Part shown: positions 49,955-62,400 of the stretch, piece by piece | How positions within the stretch are numbered: position 1 is the stretch's first letter | How the letters are laid out: each line of letters begins with the position of its first letter | The notes under the pieces: model-generated | Told to the model about the DNA's origin: nothing | Seen by the model: only the letters and a program-made list of their open reading frames with translations | The model's database searches: none | Program-made: the position numbers and the translations under genes | DNA from: Daphnia carinata | Lineage: Eukaryota | Reading direction: 5' to 3' | DNA length: 64,000 nucleotides | Assembly: GCF_022539665.2 (NCBI RefSeq) | Contig: NC_081331.1 | Coordinates: 9,920,001-9,984,000 of the forward strand

Positions 49955-52635
49955 TTAGTACTTGTATTGAGCACCAGAGGAGCTGGCATCCGGAGCTTCG
50001 TAGAGGCTGCTAGGAGCCTGGGGCAGAGCGATTTGAACCACCTGGAAATTGGCAAAGTGTTTAAACAAACACCCATCATCATTTCCTAGCTCGAATCAAT
50101 GACTTGATCAAAATTTTTACCTCTTGAACCGGTTCGTCGCGGATGGAAATGACCTCTGGTGCCGGGATCTCGACTGGAGCGATAAGCTCGGGAATGTTGA
50201 CAGCCTGGACCTCAGGCGAAGCTGCAGCGGCGGGTTCATAAGCAATTTCAGCAGCCGATGGAGCTGGAACAGCTATGGCAGCGACGACATCCAGTTGAGC
50301 GGGGATGACGACAGCAGCGGCAGAGGCAGTAGCCACGACAGGTTCTGCCACGGATTGCGAAACGGCAATAGCCTGGGCCTGAACGGCCGGCTGGATCACT
50401 GCCGGAAGGGGTACAGCTACCGCAACGGGCACAGCGGCCTTGGCTGGCTCCGGAGCTGGAGCAACAACGCTAACGGGAGAAGCGGCAGCGATCACAACTT
50501 GCTGTTCATCGCCAGGTGCGCGTTCAGGGATTTTGCCAATGTTTTCATTTAAAGAGAAAAAATCGGAACTTGAAGCACACTCCACATCCGGCCACCTAAA
50601 TTCATTGAAATATTTGTCAAGTTAAAATTAAACAAAGTTTCTTTGTTAATGGCTGCAAATGAAATGGTACCATTGGCAAGCGAAATTTTCCTGGTTGAAA
50701 ATGGTTCCGTTAGGGCAGAGGAAGGAATTCTTGATAGACGTTCCATCCGGAATGGCTGTGCAAACGTGGAACACTTGGCAACGCGCTTCAACATCAGCGT
50801 AATAACCTTGCGGGATAAATGATCGATGTTACGTCACCTCTTCATGGAAAGTGGAAATAACACCACGGGTTAAGTGTTGTACGTTCGAAACTTTACCATC
50901 GATCTTGTCGTTGCAAGTGAAAGCCGTGACCGGAATCTTATCGAAAATTGGGTAGTCCAATTCCGGTTCGCCGGGAATAGATTCGCGGAAGTCCCAGAAG
51001 GCGATCTCCTCTTCCGATTCGGTCAGGACGGGTTGCACTGGTGGAGGTGGTGGAGGTGCTGGACGCGGTGTCGTGACGACGACGACTGGGGCTGGTGTGG
51101 TCGTCGTTGTCGTCGGTGCGGCTGTTGGGAACAAGATGCTCACCTGTTGATTCTCGTTGGCATCGGGGAACAGAGGGTTCTCAGTTGGCACGGGCACAGG
51201 GCGAGACGTCACTGGTGGTAGATACTCCAGAGGTGGTGGAGCGTAGGTGGTAGTTGGTGGAGGTGGAGGTGGCAGGGTAGTTGTTGGTGGTGGAGGAGGT
51301 GGCAGGGTAGTTGTTGGTGGTGGAGGCGGTGGTAAGGTAGTGGTTGGTGGTGGTGGAGGGGGTAGAGTAGTTGTTGGGGGTGGTGGAGGTGGTAGGGTAG
51401 TGCTCGGTGGGGGTGGCAGATACTCTACGGCCGGTGTAGGTGCTGGTGTAGGCGCTGGTGTAGGTGCCGCTGTCGTGGGAGGTGGGGGTGGAGGAACGTA
51501 AACGGTCGTTGGAGCCGCGGTAGTTGTCGGCGGTGGCGGAGGGACCGTCGTTGGGGCCGCCGTCGTCGGTGGGGGAGGACTAGGCGTCGTGTATTCTTCT
51601 AAAAATGGGCCAGAACATCAACGCATTAAATTCAAATCTCAGTTATCTTCAGACTGTTGGTTATCCACTTACCGACAACCGGAGCGACTGTAGGTGGCGG
51701 TGGGGGAGGCTGAGTCGTCGGTGCAAGTGTAGGAGCCTGGGTAGACGGTGCGGGGCTGGGTTCCACAGGTGTTGGAATTTCGAACGGCGGAGACGGTTGT
51801 GGGTAATAGTATTGCGCTTGAACGCTAGCCAAAGCGACTGATCATCGTAACGATCATCAGAATCCAGGCCATCATAAAAAGAAACAAATGGAACATCAAA
51901 CAAACGTGTTACCAAAAAATTGAATTGCAAAGGCAGCCACAATGTTTGTAAAATGTCCCCTTTTTCTTTCGACAAGACCTAAAAATGGCCTTAGATCCGG
52001 CTATAGTGGGTTTGTACACAATTTGCGGTGTAACGTCGTTATTTTAAATCCACAAACCACCCATGTTTGGTCGGAAAAAAAATAATAATAATCCCACGCC
52101 CAAGTGCCATTTGTTTGGGTGTCAATGACTAAGTTCTCATAAGGCACAAAGGATAACGAATGGATAAGCAGGGACCCGGAGCAATCGATCATCAATCGGT
52201 TACCTGATTGATTCGAATCAACTGACAGAGTGGAAGTTGTAATTCAACCTTCAGATTTTTGACTTGATTAAAAACTAATACTCCTTTTCAATTCAATAAA
52301 ATCTAGCGTGGGAGAAAACGTTCCAGGAATTGGATTTCGCTCTCTCTTTTCTCTGCTATTAGATAAGCCACGCAAATTCATCACAGTCCAATCTTTGCTG
52401 GAACGAACGACTTATTGGCCCTCCGAAAAAAGAACAAACAAAAAAATGTATCGTAGAATATAAACGATGACGAAGATCGTGATGAATGGGCGTTCAACTC
52501 TTGTCAGCGCTGCCTTTCGCATAGGGAATTGTACAGAAGGAAAAAAAAAAAAAAAAGACCAAGAGAAGCAAACAGAAAAAGCCCTGGAACAGGACAGTAA
52601 TTGTTACCTAGTAGCAACCAGACGTAATCCCTCAT
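49955..52635 (-). CDS. Secreted proline-rich chitin-binding type-2 domain protein, 6 exons, 530 aa
   Basis: Exons 52635-52608, 51837-51673, 51598-50897, 50806-50671, 50595-50121, 50041-49955 (1593 nt, GT-AG, in frame). Signal peptide MRDYVWLLLVALASVQA then QYYYPQPSPPFEIP. Contains poly-Pro repeats, EYLPP motifs, ChtBD2 FTCNDKIDGYYADVEARCQVFHVC…SFLCPNGTIFNQENFACQWWPDVEC, and an A/V/P/E-rich tail ending PSSLYEAPDASSSGAQYKY*. Confidence 0.92.
51247..51420 (-). repeat. Coding 30-nt tandem repeat, about 5 units encoding (S/T)TTLPPPPPP
   Basis: Plus strand repeats ggtggaggtgg(c/t)agggtagttgttggt-type units with mainly synonymous variation, in frame within exon 3 of the Pro-rich gene. Confidence 0.9.
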
Positions 52636-52876
52636 TGTTGACGTGTATGCGTGCGTTACGTGTGTAGGCGTTGGGGAAGGGTATATGACCGGCACTGGGG
52701 TCTTACGGAAACTCTATATGAAACCGGGGTACAAACTGACGATTTGCAAAAACCGGAACGATGTCCCTCCTGGTTCGACTTTGTTGACTCGCTTTAAAAA
52801 ACGTTCGATTTTCTCAAGAGAGGCAAGAGAGAGAATGAAAAGCGAACGAAAAGCTAACTTTCACGACGACGGAGTT

Positions 52877-52913
52877 ACTGTGAATTCTGAAGCTGCTTCG
52901 CTCTTCTTTTATA
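52877..52913 (-). promoter_or_regulatory. TATA box plus Inr-like element of the Pro-rich chitin-binding gene
   Basis: Minus-strand TATAAAA (52913-52907) with TCACAGT about 30 nt downstream (52883-52877), then a leader of about 245 nt to caacaATG at 52635. Confidence 0.7.
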
Positions 52914-55900
52914 GTTGGTGGCTGCTATTGCCAGTCAGGCCAAGTTTTGAAAAAAAAAAAAAAAAAAAAAAAAAAAGACACACGTACACACACACAAGCC
53001 GAAACGGCTGCGGTCGGGAAGACCGTTGCGGCGGGAGGCGGGAGGGAGAGATTCCCGTCGAGAAAAAGACCAAGAAGACCAAAAGAAAAAGAAAAAAAAA
53101 AAAACGAAGGAGGTGGTCATGGCGGTGGGGCACTGGTTCACTAGCACAAGAAGAAGGTGGGGAGTAGGAGGGAACGGATAGAACTAGGGTACTGGGGAAA
53201 AAGACGGGAGGAGGAAAGGGACATGCTGGTAGCCACACGTACCTGTTGGGGAGGTTCCCTCCCGCTGGAAATTCATTTTCTTTTTTCAGATTATTATTAT
53301 TATTATTTTTTTTTTTTGTTCCTTCATTTTCTCCGTATTCGTTCTTCATCATTTTGTTTTCATCTTCTTTCACATGTTCGAAAACGCTTTCGGTTTCTTC
53401 GCTTCCCCTTTTCATTTTCTTTTTCATTCACGTTCCGTTGGCCAGACATACCGGATGGCATCTGCCTTCTTCGCTGCTGCAGGCCAACAGATAACCGGTT
53501 CATTTTTGTTCATCATCATCTAGCATTCTTCTTCATCAGCATGACCCGCAGCCTTTACTATAATATCAAAACGTAGTAGAGATCACGAGAACCCACTGCT
53601 GCCGAATCATTTAAGCGTCTATGTATTTGCTTTCGCTCTCTCTGTCGCGCCCCGCTATGTATGGATCACGCGTCTATTACTTGTGGGAGGCGAAGAGCAA
53701 ACATCGCGGTTCAAACGCAAGACGGGAACGCACACACACACAAAAAAAAGAAAGGGGAAAGCTCAACAAGACAAGAAGAAGAAGAAGAAAAAAAAAGGGA
53801 AGAATAGATTTTCATAATTGAAGCTACAAGTGACGCCAGCACGTCACGATTTTGCTGCTTTGGCTTTGCCTCATTTGCACATCGGGACACACAACAGCCA
53901 TACATATTGCCTTTGCTTGTTTTTAATGTTTTTTCTTGTTATTTCGCTGTTATTTTGTGGGTTCTATAGACGAAACACACAGGTTGAAAAAGCCTTGAAC
54001 TGGCAGACCAAACAAGGGCCGGCCATTGAAGTTTTTGCATTCGCCAAAAAAAAAAAAAAACCCACTCTGGTAGATGCTGTCTCGACAGGTGCATTTACGG
54101 AAAAATTAGTGGCGTTCCAGCGTCGTTTCCGCCGTCTTCGTATTTTTGAAACCCGTTTTTTTTTTTTTTGTTTTGTTTGGAGATCCCGACCTGACGGCAA
54201 TTAGAAGAAGCCAGCCGATTATGTGCCCCCAAAAAATGCTGATAAGTTTGGGTGAAAGAAATTAACCTGATTACATTGATGAGTCCCGCAACGATGGAGC
54301 GGGGCTTTATCTCTTCTCTGTATACATTTCGGTTCTTCTCTCGTTTTTTTTTTTTTTTCTTTTTTTGGTTGAGGGCAAGAAGAGCCACGGCCACTTTCAC
54401 TCTTTAATTTCTTCTTCTTCTATTTTCTTAATCGTTCGTCTATTCGTATCTTCTTCATTTGCCTTACCAAATTTTTTCGTTTCATATTCGAATTTCATGG
54501 CTAGTGCTTTTCAAAAGTTTAAGCCGTTTCGGTCGGTGTTCGTTTAGGGCCATTGTTGTGTCCACCGACACATTCATTCCGTAATGTAATATCCTTTTTC
54601 CGGATAACATATGGTACGACATAGATCTATACATCGGAATGCGGATTCCGGACGTGGAATCATAGCAAAAATGATGAATTCTGATCCTATCGACTATCCT
54701 AGGACAAGTCGACCGGAGCCTTTCGGGCTTTAATCGCTTGGCCGATTTTGTTCATCAGATTGCCGGTTTTCAGTCCCATCATTGCAGTGTGCGTGGCGGT
54801 TTGCGATTTGCATGTCTCCCTTTTCGCTACTTTCTTCTTATCTCTTCAATTATTATGATTATTTTGACAGGCAATTGTCTTGTTCGTCTTCTCTTTTTAC
54901 GTCTTGTTTTTTTCCATCGTGAACATTCGTCCTTCTTTTTTTTTTTTTTTTTTTCCAGGACTTAATTAGGTCACGCTGCGCCGGTTACGCAGTAATGATC
55001 GCAATCAACATGTCCCATTGGTGTAGACATGCAACCGCTTCGCATTCTTCTTTTCTGTACCTATGCATTGAGATGAAACAAGAACGCCAAGGCAAAATGT
55101 CTTTTCGCTCGTTATTCACGGACATCGTTAATCGTGTGTTACGACAGTCTTACCGCAATACGAGCACATTATAACAAAGGCCCCTCGGACGGACAGAAAA
55201 TAACGAAGCCGTCTAACTTTGAATGTTTTGTTATTGTTCACATTTAAAGGTGAGAATGCTTTTCCGATATTTTTATTGGTGACTCCGATATCTCGCATCC
55301 GCCTCCCACATAGACAGCCGGATGTGAATGAAAAGCTTCTTTAATCTTAGGCAGAATCTATCTAATAAAATCTTGGACCAAAAGCCACTTTCCTTTTCTT
55401 ACGTTCCCCAAGATTCTTGGTGTTTTTATAGTTCGTTATTGTATCTCTACGATTTTCTTGGACATTTTCTCGTTCGTGGCGAGTTGTTGTTTTTTTTTAA
55501 ACACCGTCTGACCGTGATTCATTCAGCTTCGAAGGAGCGAAAGGTCACAGTTGTGAATGTCCAACTTTGGGGCGTTGATCGTCAACCGGACGTGATGAAA
55601 CTGTTCGTACACCCACAATGATGGGGTTTTTTCTATACGAAGAAGAAAAACGTGTCTAATTTCAGAACGCAAAACAAATAGCTACAGCCTGCAATACGAT
55701 TAAATATCGATCGATAAATCAACGTCAAGATCAATCGTGGTTCATAATACAAAATGTGTACGAGAAGACGAACGTTGTTCCGCCCGAAATATTCGGAGCA
55801 AAACTCGAAATTGTGCAACACGTTTCTGGTTTTGTTAGCTACAAAACAATGTCACGAATGAAAGCAATATCATTTTCAAACGTTGACCGGAAAGGGAACA

Positions 55901-56425
55901 TTCCCGGTGATATCCCGAACGGGTACGACTTCGCTTGATAATCGTCTCGTTCACCTTTGAACAAAAAAACTTTTGTTTGTTTGTTTGTTTTTTTGTTTTT
56001 TTTTTTTTGTTTTTTTTTAAAGGAATTTTCCCAAACGTGGAGGAAGAGAAGTTCGAAGCTCAATATATGCCTACAGAGCCAGAAGGGTAAGAAGAACTGT
56101 AACCATATATATATTTGTAGTAGACCATTCAACTCAAGGTTACGTAAAAATCAGACGTGCCGGCGGCTGGCTTCTCCTCATTTGCCTTTCACTCGAGTCC
56201 CGGGTTTTATTTTACGGGGTCATCAATCAGCCGAGTGACGGGCGTCGTTGCTTGGTCAATCCCCAATACAAGACATGGAGAAAGAAAAAAAAAGGGCAAG
56301 GGAGAGGAGAGAAGAAGTCCGAGCAACACCCTTTTCCGATTTGGTTGTCTATTGTTTTTCTTTTTTTTTCTCTTGATTCTTGTTCCATTATCATTCCTTC
56401 CCTTCTTCTCTTCCTACGGATTTTT

Positions 56426-56465
<40 letters not shown>

Positions 56466-59400
56466 ACGAAAACAATCTCAAATTGGGAAAAAAAAAATTA
56501 TAAACTAAAAAACCTCTGTTGAAATTCTAAAAGAACCCCTCAGAGGATTTTTTGGGTGTATACACCCATGCACACTATAGGTGTGCTCGTGATCGTACCT
56601 CACTTCTGCTGGACAACAGTCCTTTTCTTGTTCGGCCTTTCGTTTGATTATGTCCCCGGCTTTAATCGCGTTTGGACACTGCCTTACGGAGCTCATTACC
56701 GGTGTCATCTGATTTTAGCCCTTAGCTGTGATGTGTACTGTACTTTTGGGAAAGACAGTCTTTTTGCTCGACCTTCCAACGAAAGTTGAAGAAGGAAACA
56801 TAACGCCGAATGAAGAGAAACAAAGATCAAGAGGTCGCAACAGAATAATATTCAGATAGTTAAAGTGTGGTTGTAATTCGAACTTGAGAGTCACGATAGC
56901 GTCTATAGGCGTCCGGAATCGGGATGAAAAAAGAAAAAGAAATTAAGAGGTGTTGTCTGCTATGATCTCAAAATGCCGGAATATCATTACATTTTTAAGG
57001 AACTTGCCGCCGCTTGCGGCTTTGCCGTCAGTATCATCCGCTCCACTTGCATAAAGAGTAAAACGGAATGAAATAAAATATTTAAAAAAAAAAAAAAAAA
57101 AATTGTAGGAGAGGCACAATTCAAGCAATCTTGAAGAGATTACTGTCGAGACAGAAGCGGGAGAAAACTGGTTTCTTTCGTTTTCGTGCGAGGACCTCTT
57201 TTTTTCAGTTTTAGACTTTCTCCTTCTGGTTTTCAAATGTTAAGAATCACGTTTTGGAGATCCCCTGCTCATGTTTATTTTATTTTATATATTATACCTT
57301 AAATTTTTTTTTATTTCATCGTCCTCGGGTTGTTGTCAGTTTTCATTTTCGTTTCGGGTCATCGTCTTCCTTTCAAATAAAAAAAAACAAAATTATATAT
57401 TTTTCTTGTCGTGTTTTCCTGGTTGTTGTTGTCGACTGCTGCTGAGTCCGTGGTGTTTGACCCTGTTGTTTCATGGCCAGCTGAACCTTTTGCCTTTTGT
57501 TTTTTGTTTTTGTTTTTTTCTTCCTTCTTCTATTTAACCCCTCAGACTCGATGGTATCGTCCGACTACCCGGAACCAGCGAGTGGTAGGAGAAAAAAAAA
57601 AAAAAAAAGAGAAAACATCACATGATCGACGCAGCAATAAAAAAAAAAAGGCAAAGAAAACGGGCAGCCATCTTTCGCTATAGGCGGCGGAAAGGTTAGA
57701 TCAGACAATGAGGAAAAAAAAAAAAAAAAAAAGAAAACTCCTCGACTCACCGGAAAGGAATGGGAAAGCAGATAAGCGTTTATGTTTTTCAATCCAACTA
57801 GCGATGGGTCATTGTTTTTTTGTTTTTTTCTTCGTCGCCTTCGTTATTGTCTTCAACTGTAAATATTCGATAGCCCGCACGGATCTTGTGATAACCGATC
57901 GGACACGCCAAGTTGAGTTGCCCATCTGGCCCACCTGTTCACGGCGGACTCGGTCGTCCGCTTGCCATCCAATTCGATTGTTCGTAAATCATCATTTAGA
58001 AAAATAAGGAAAGGAAAAATATATATAAAAAAGAAAGAAAAGAAAACAAGAGAGAAAAAAAGAGAAAATAAGACGGCCCCAGTTACCCCCCGCCGGGTAA
58101 AAATCCATTGTATTCCCCAAGTCCCGAATTCCACAAGGCGATGTGCCGTGATTTATTTCGACTGGCTATCTTCGCAAAAGATAAGCCACAGGAGCAAAAT
58201 GGGAAACGTGTAACACATAAGCTTGGTAGGAGATTCACAAGTGATAACATCTCATAAAAAGAGTTACTGAACACAGAAAGCTGTTTGTGGGACGCATACT
58301 TCCAACTTGAGAAGTCCGGTGAAGAGAAGAGGACGGCGTGAATAATTGGAAACGACACGTCACAGAGTCGCACAGTTCAATCAAAAAAAGAAAAATCCAG
58401 TGAGATGGAACCAAACCGAGGATGGAGCCAAACGTTTGCTCAGCCTCGCCTATACGCCTCATACATAAGCGCACACGCATGGATAAATAGCTAAACAAAC
58501 ATCGGCAATATTTAAGTATCCCTTTTCCCTCAAAAATCTTTGCATAATGCAATGCTAGTTTTTTTTTCTTCCCTTTGTCTGTTGGTGACATTCGAGTTTG
58601 ACATGACTACATTGGAAGTCATTGGAATAAAAAAAAAGAAATAGACGATGGCATAATGCGACAAGAGAACACATGAGCGCGTATAATATTGACGCAAAAA
58701 AGTAGGCGAAAAAACAAATCCTTGCCATTTCGCAATCTTTTTGGCGAAACAAACTCTCCAAAGAGTGGGCCATATCTCTTTTGTCTGCTGTCAAGGAGAA
58801 ACGAAGAAAGTCGAAGAAAAATTCAAAACTTTCCATTTTTTTTTTCTTCTTTTCGGCTGGCATGGGTTTTTTTTTGGGGGGGGGGGGGGGGCTCGAACAA
58901 TTTTCAGCTCCGGTTCCATCGAAGAGGAAGAACAATGACACTATTCGGCCAAAAAGAAACATCTATGCAATATTCAAAAGCGACATGACGATCCCTTTGA
59001 CAACATCCCCGTTGTGATGCGACATTGTCGCTGTGATTCCTTCGATGTACTTTTGCTGAATATTCTATTTCTTTAAAAAAAAAAAAGAATTACATTTTGT
59101 GTCCCACATAAGCCGCGCTTCGTGACCCCTCTGGTGTCAATGCCGTTCATCTTCCGTTTTTATTGGAACTCTGAGGTATACAAGCGAGAGTGCAAGAGTC
59201 AACGGGGCTGCACCGGCGATCCGATTATCAAAAAACGAATAGGGCCGGATAGCGTTCACACGAACCAATCACACCGAAGCCATTCACGCTAGTCTCTCGC
59301 CCTGCAAGCAAAAATGCGAAATTCCTTTTTTCGATATTCGAAAGTTGGAGTTTAACAAGGTAACGACGGCCTGATCAAACGAAACAAATTGGCCTTTTGT

Positions 59401-62400
59401 CGTGTTGCTTCTTTTTGACGTCAGTTAAATAAATTGAGGCTTGACACGCATGTTAAAAAAAAAAATCGATGACGTTTGCCTCGGCATTCAAAATGGCCGA
59501 TAGTTGATTGCGAAAAGCCGTTGTTATGCGGCCCGATGGTCGCCATTTGATGCAAAAATTCGGGTATAACATGCAGATTTGACAATCACGACCTCCTCTC
59601 CGCATTGAGGCCACGGAATTAATTTAAGAGCATGTGCAGGTGGCGTGATGTCATAAGGAATGCGAAAAAGTGAGGAATATAAATTTACGATGCCAAAGAA
59701 AAAAAAAATACATTTTTGTAACTCTGCGAAATTATTTACATTTTCGTGATTTCCAATTGTTATAAAGCCCTGATTGGTGAGAATGTTTCATGCAGTCCTG
59801 CCTCGGCGAAAGGTACATCTTTGATGACGACAAACGTTCGAGCCACGCGTCTCACATGGGACAACGATGACCAAGAAGTACTTTCCATTTCAAGAAACAG
59901 TGACAATATGTAACCCATGATCCAAGTAGTGTGGCAATAAGAATGGCGAGGGTGCACAAGTCACGATTCCACCATTATTTTTTGGCTCTCCCTAAGGTAG
60001 GTCACCTGCCAGCCAGACGTTCGTGCCTTCATACTAACTTTTTCTTCACGTTCTTTCACAACTGGGATTTCTTTCTCATCTCAACCGTTTTACTATTTGT
60101 GACTAGAATCGTTGCGTAATTATTCAAACTTGTAGAAGCTTCCCCCTTTTTTTTATACCCTATTTTCCATCAAACATCTTTCAATATGCGAAGAGACGCT
60201 GTTCGTTCGTATCCAATATTTTTTCTGTATCGTTTAATGCATTTGGCGTTTGTGAGAAATAAAAAGTACGACACGATATAACCTCGATACGATGTCTTTT
60301 ATGTTTTTTGTTTGTTTGCTTCTATCTTTGGCTTTCTTCGTTCAAATAATCGCAATGGCATTGTGTCTATTTTTTTTTTTTTGCATCCTCTCTATTGTTT
60401 TGTAATGCTAAAGACCATTGTCTTCTTTTGCTATCCATCCGACAATGAAGATGCCATTTTGTCGCAGTTACGCTGCCATCCATTAGGTCCCTGTCAGACC
60501 TTCTGAAGGTCGAAGTTTTGCTCAAACGGTCAACGACTGTGCGTCTCTACGCATTTGGGCTACTGAAAACGCATAGAAAAAAAAACAAAACAAAAGAAAC
60601 GCCATCGAGCTCGATGATCCCTTCACGCGTGACAGTTCTAGACATCGTGCGTAATTATGAAATATACGTGAAGGCGAACGAACAACAGGCGAGGCCATTG
60701 AGTTCGTCCGGGATGATACCGACTTCCGTGTCGAGAAAGAGAGAGGATCTCAAACTCCAGCTCGGCATCTTGGCTGTGAATAACCTTCTCATATTTAAAA
60801 AAAAATTTTCTTTAAGCACTGACCAGTTATCTATCTGATCGTTTGACGTATGAAAATGGAAAATCATTCGCTTTTCTGTGAAGCTTTTAAAAATATGTTT
60901 TCTCTCATTTATCAATTGTTTTGGTTTTCAACGGAGTGCACAGCAGGTCGCTTACGAAAAGCAATTCATTTTGTTTCAAATAAGAATTTTTCATAACCTT
61001 GCCGATTGCTATGATAAAAGAGGGCCATTTTTGCTCATCTGTCTATTGGCAATGCAAGGCATCATTGTCCTTGTATTTTTACCCATTTTCGCAAGTTTTT
61101 TATTTCTCGTAATTCTAGAGATATTTCGTAAGTGTTTCTAGAGAGCTCGCCCACACAAAAGAAGAACCTTGCCACGTCAAATGGGCTTGCATGCTGCCAT
61201 CCTTGTTAGTCACTGTGGCGCCTTTTTCGTTCGAAAACGGACGTAAACGTTGAGGCGCTTTGAAGAGCGAACAACAATAGAGAACAAGAAATAAGACGAA
61301 CATTTTCGACGACACGCTCATGGCCGACGATGGCGTTTGCTGCTCTTGGCAAGGTAAAAGACATCATTCCTGCCCTTCTCCCCATACCTGGAGATGGCTA
61401 CAGTCATACAGCCGGAGAGGAGAGAAATAAGAAGGAGCACGAATATTACTTGGCACGTGACCTTGCTGATGAAACCCTAATCGAAAATGGAATGCTTATG
61501 GTTTTAAAAACGTATTTATCAGACCATAAGTCCATCCAGTCATCTCTAAACTGACCAAGAAGCAAGCTGCAAGGTCTGGAAAACCCAGCATCAAGAGCAA
61601 TCCGAATGCCAAAGTATTTTCCATTGATTGTAACGTTCCCGGAAAAAACCGAGACACGTAGAAAAATTCCTTGAAGTTATTCGTGCCACTATTCTTCTTA
61701 TCGTTCAAATTGCCGCCTTAACAGAGTCCCTCCGCTTACGAAACGGTTGAATGGGCAACCCAAGGCCTTGCTGGTTTTAGTATTTCCCTGTCGCTTTTGC
61801 TCCCTCTCGTAATTCCGTCATTTTTTTACGTGTATTGCATATACTTTTTTTTTTTCTTTATTGTCGTCTTTTCCCTTTAACCAATTGCGTTTTGGTTGTG
61901 TGACCTGCCGAAAAGAAGCGACAACCGTCTGCTGAACGTAGCTCACAATGGGATCGTAAATCACAACACCATCGTCGTTTTTTTTTTTCTAGGGCTCTCT
62001 TCTTGCATGTGTGTACGCGCCTCTTAATATTTTATGCCGTCGCGTGTCTCGAGCTGATTCTTCATCAAAACCCGTCGTGACGGGACGACTGGAAATTTTG
62101 TTTCCTACAGTTTCTTTTTTTTTTTTTTTTATTATTATTATTTTTATCTACGAGAATTTATTTTTTCCGCTTGCCATAGTACGATCCATCCAGTGCGGAT
62201 GGTAACATGCTGCGCTGAATCTCGTCGATGTTGCCTTTCTTTTTATATCGCCCTTTCCGACTAATTTGTACGATTTATTGCTGCAATGCTTTAATACGAA
62301 GAATTTAATTCCGTTTGCTTTAATGCGTGCCTCATAAAATTGTTAAATATCTAGCGTGTTGTTTTTTCTTCATTGTTCGACCTCTAATCGTAAGAGCACA

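Noticed and set aside
51247..51501. VVVGGGGGGR-repeat ORF on the + strand, and the + ORFs at 50124-50552 and 50874-51221
   Set aside because: Reverse-complement readings of exons of the Pro-rich chitin-binding gene.
51827..51876. MMAWILMIVTMIS… as the start of the Pro-rich gene
   Set aside because: Out of frame with VALASVQAQ and quickly terminated. The exon at 52635-52608 supplies an in-frame signal peptide with a TATA promoter.
54365..54400. Signal-peptide-like MKVAVALLALN ORF on the - strand
   Set aside because: Starts with GTG, runs into a poly-A/lysine tract and has no splice donor.
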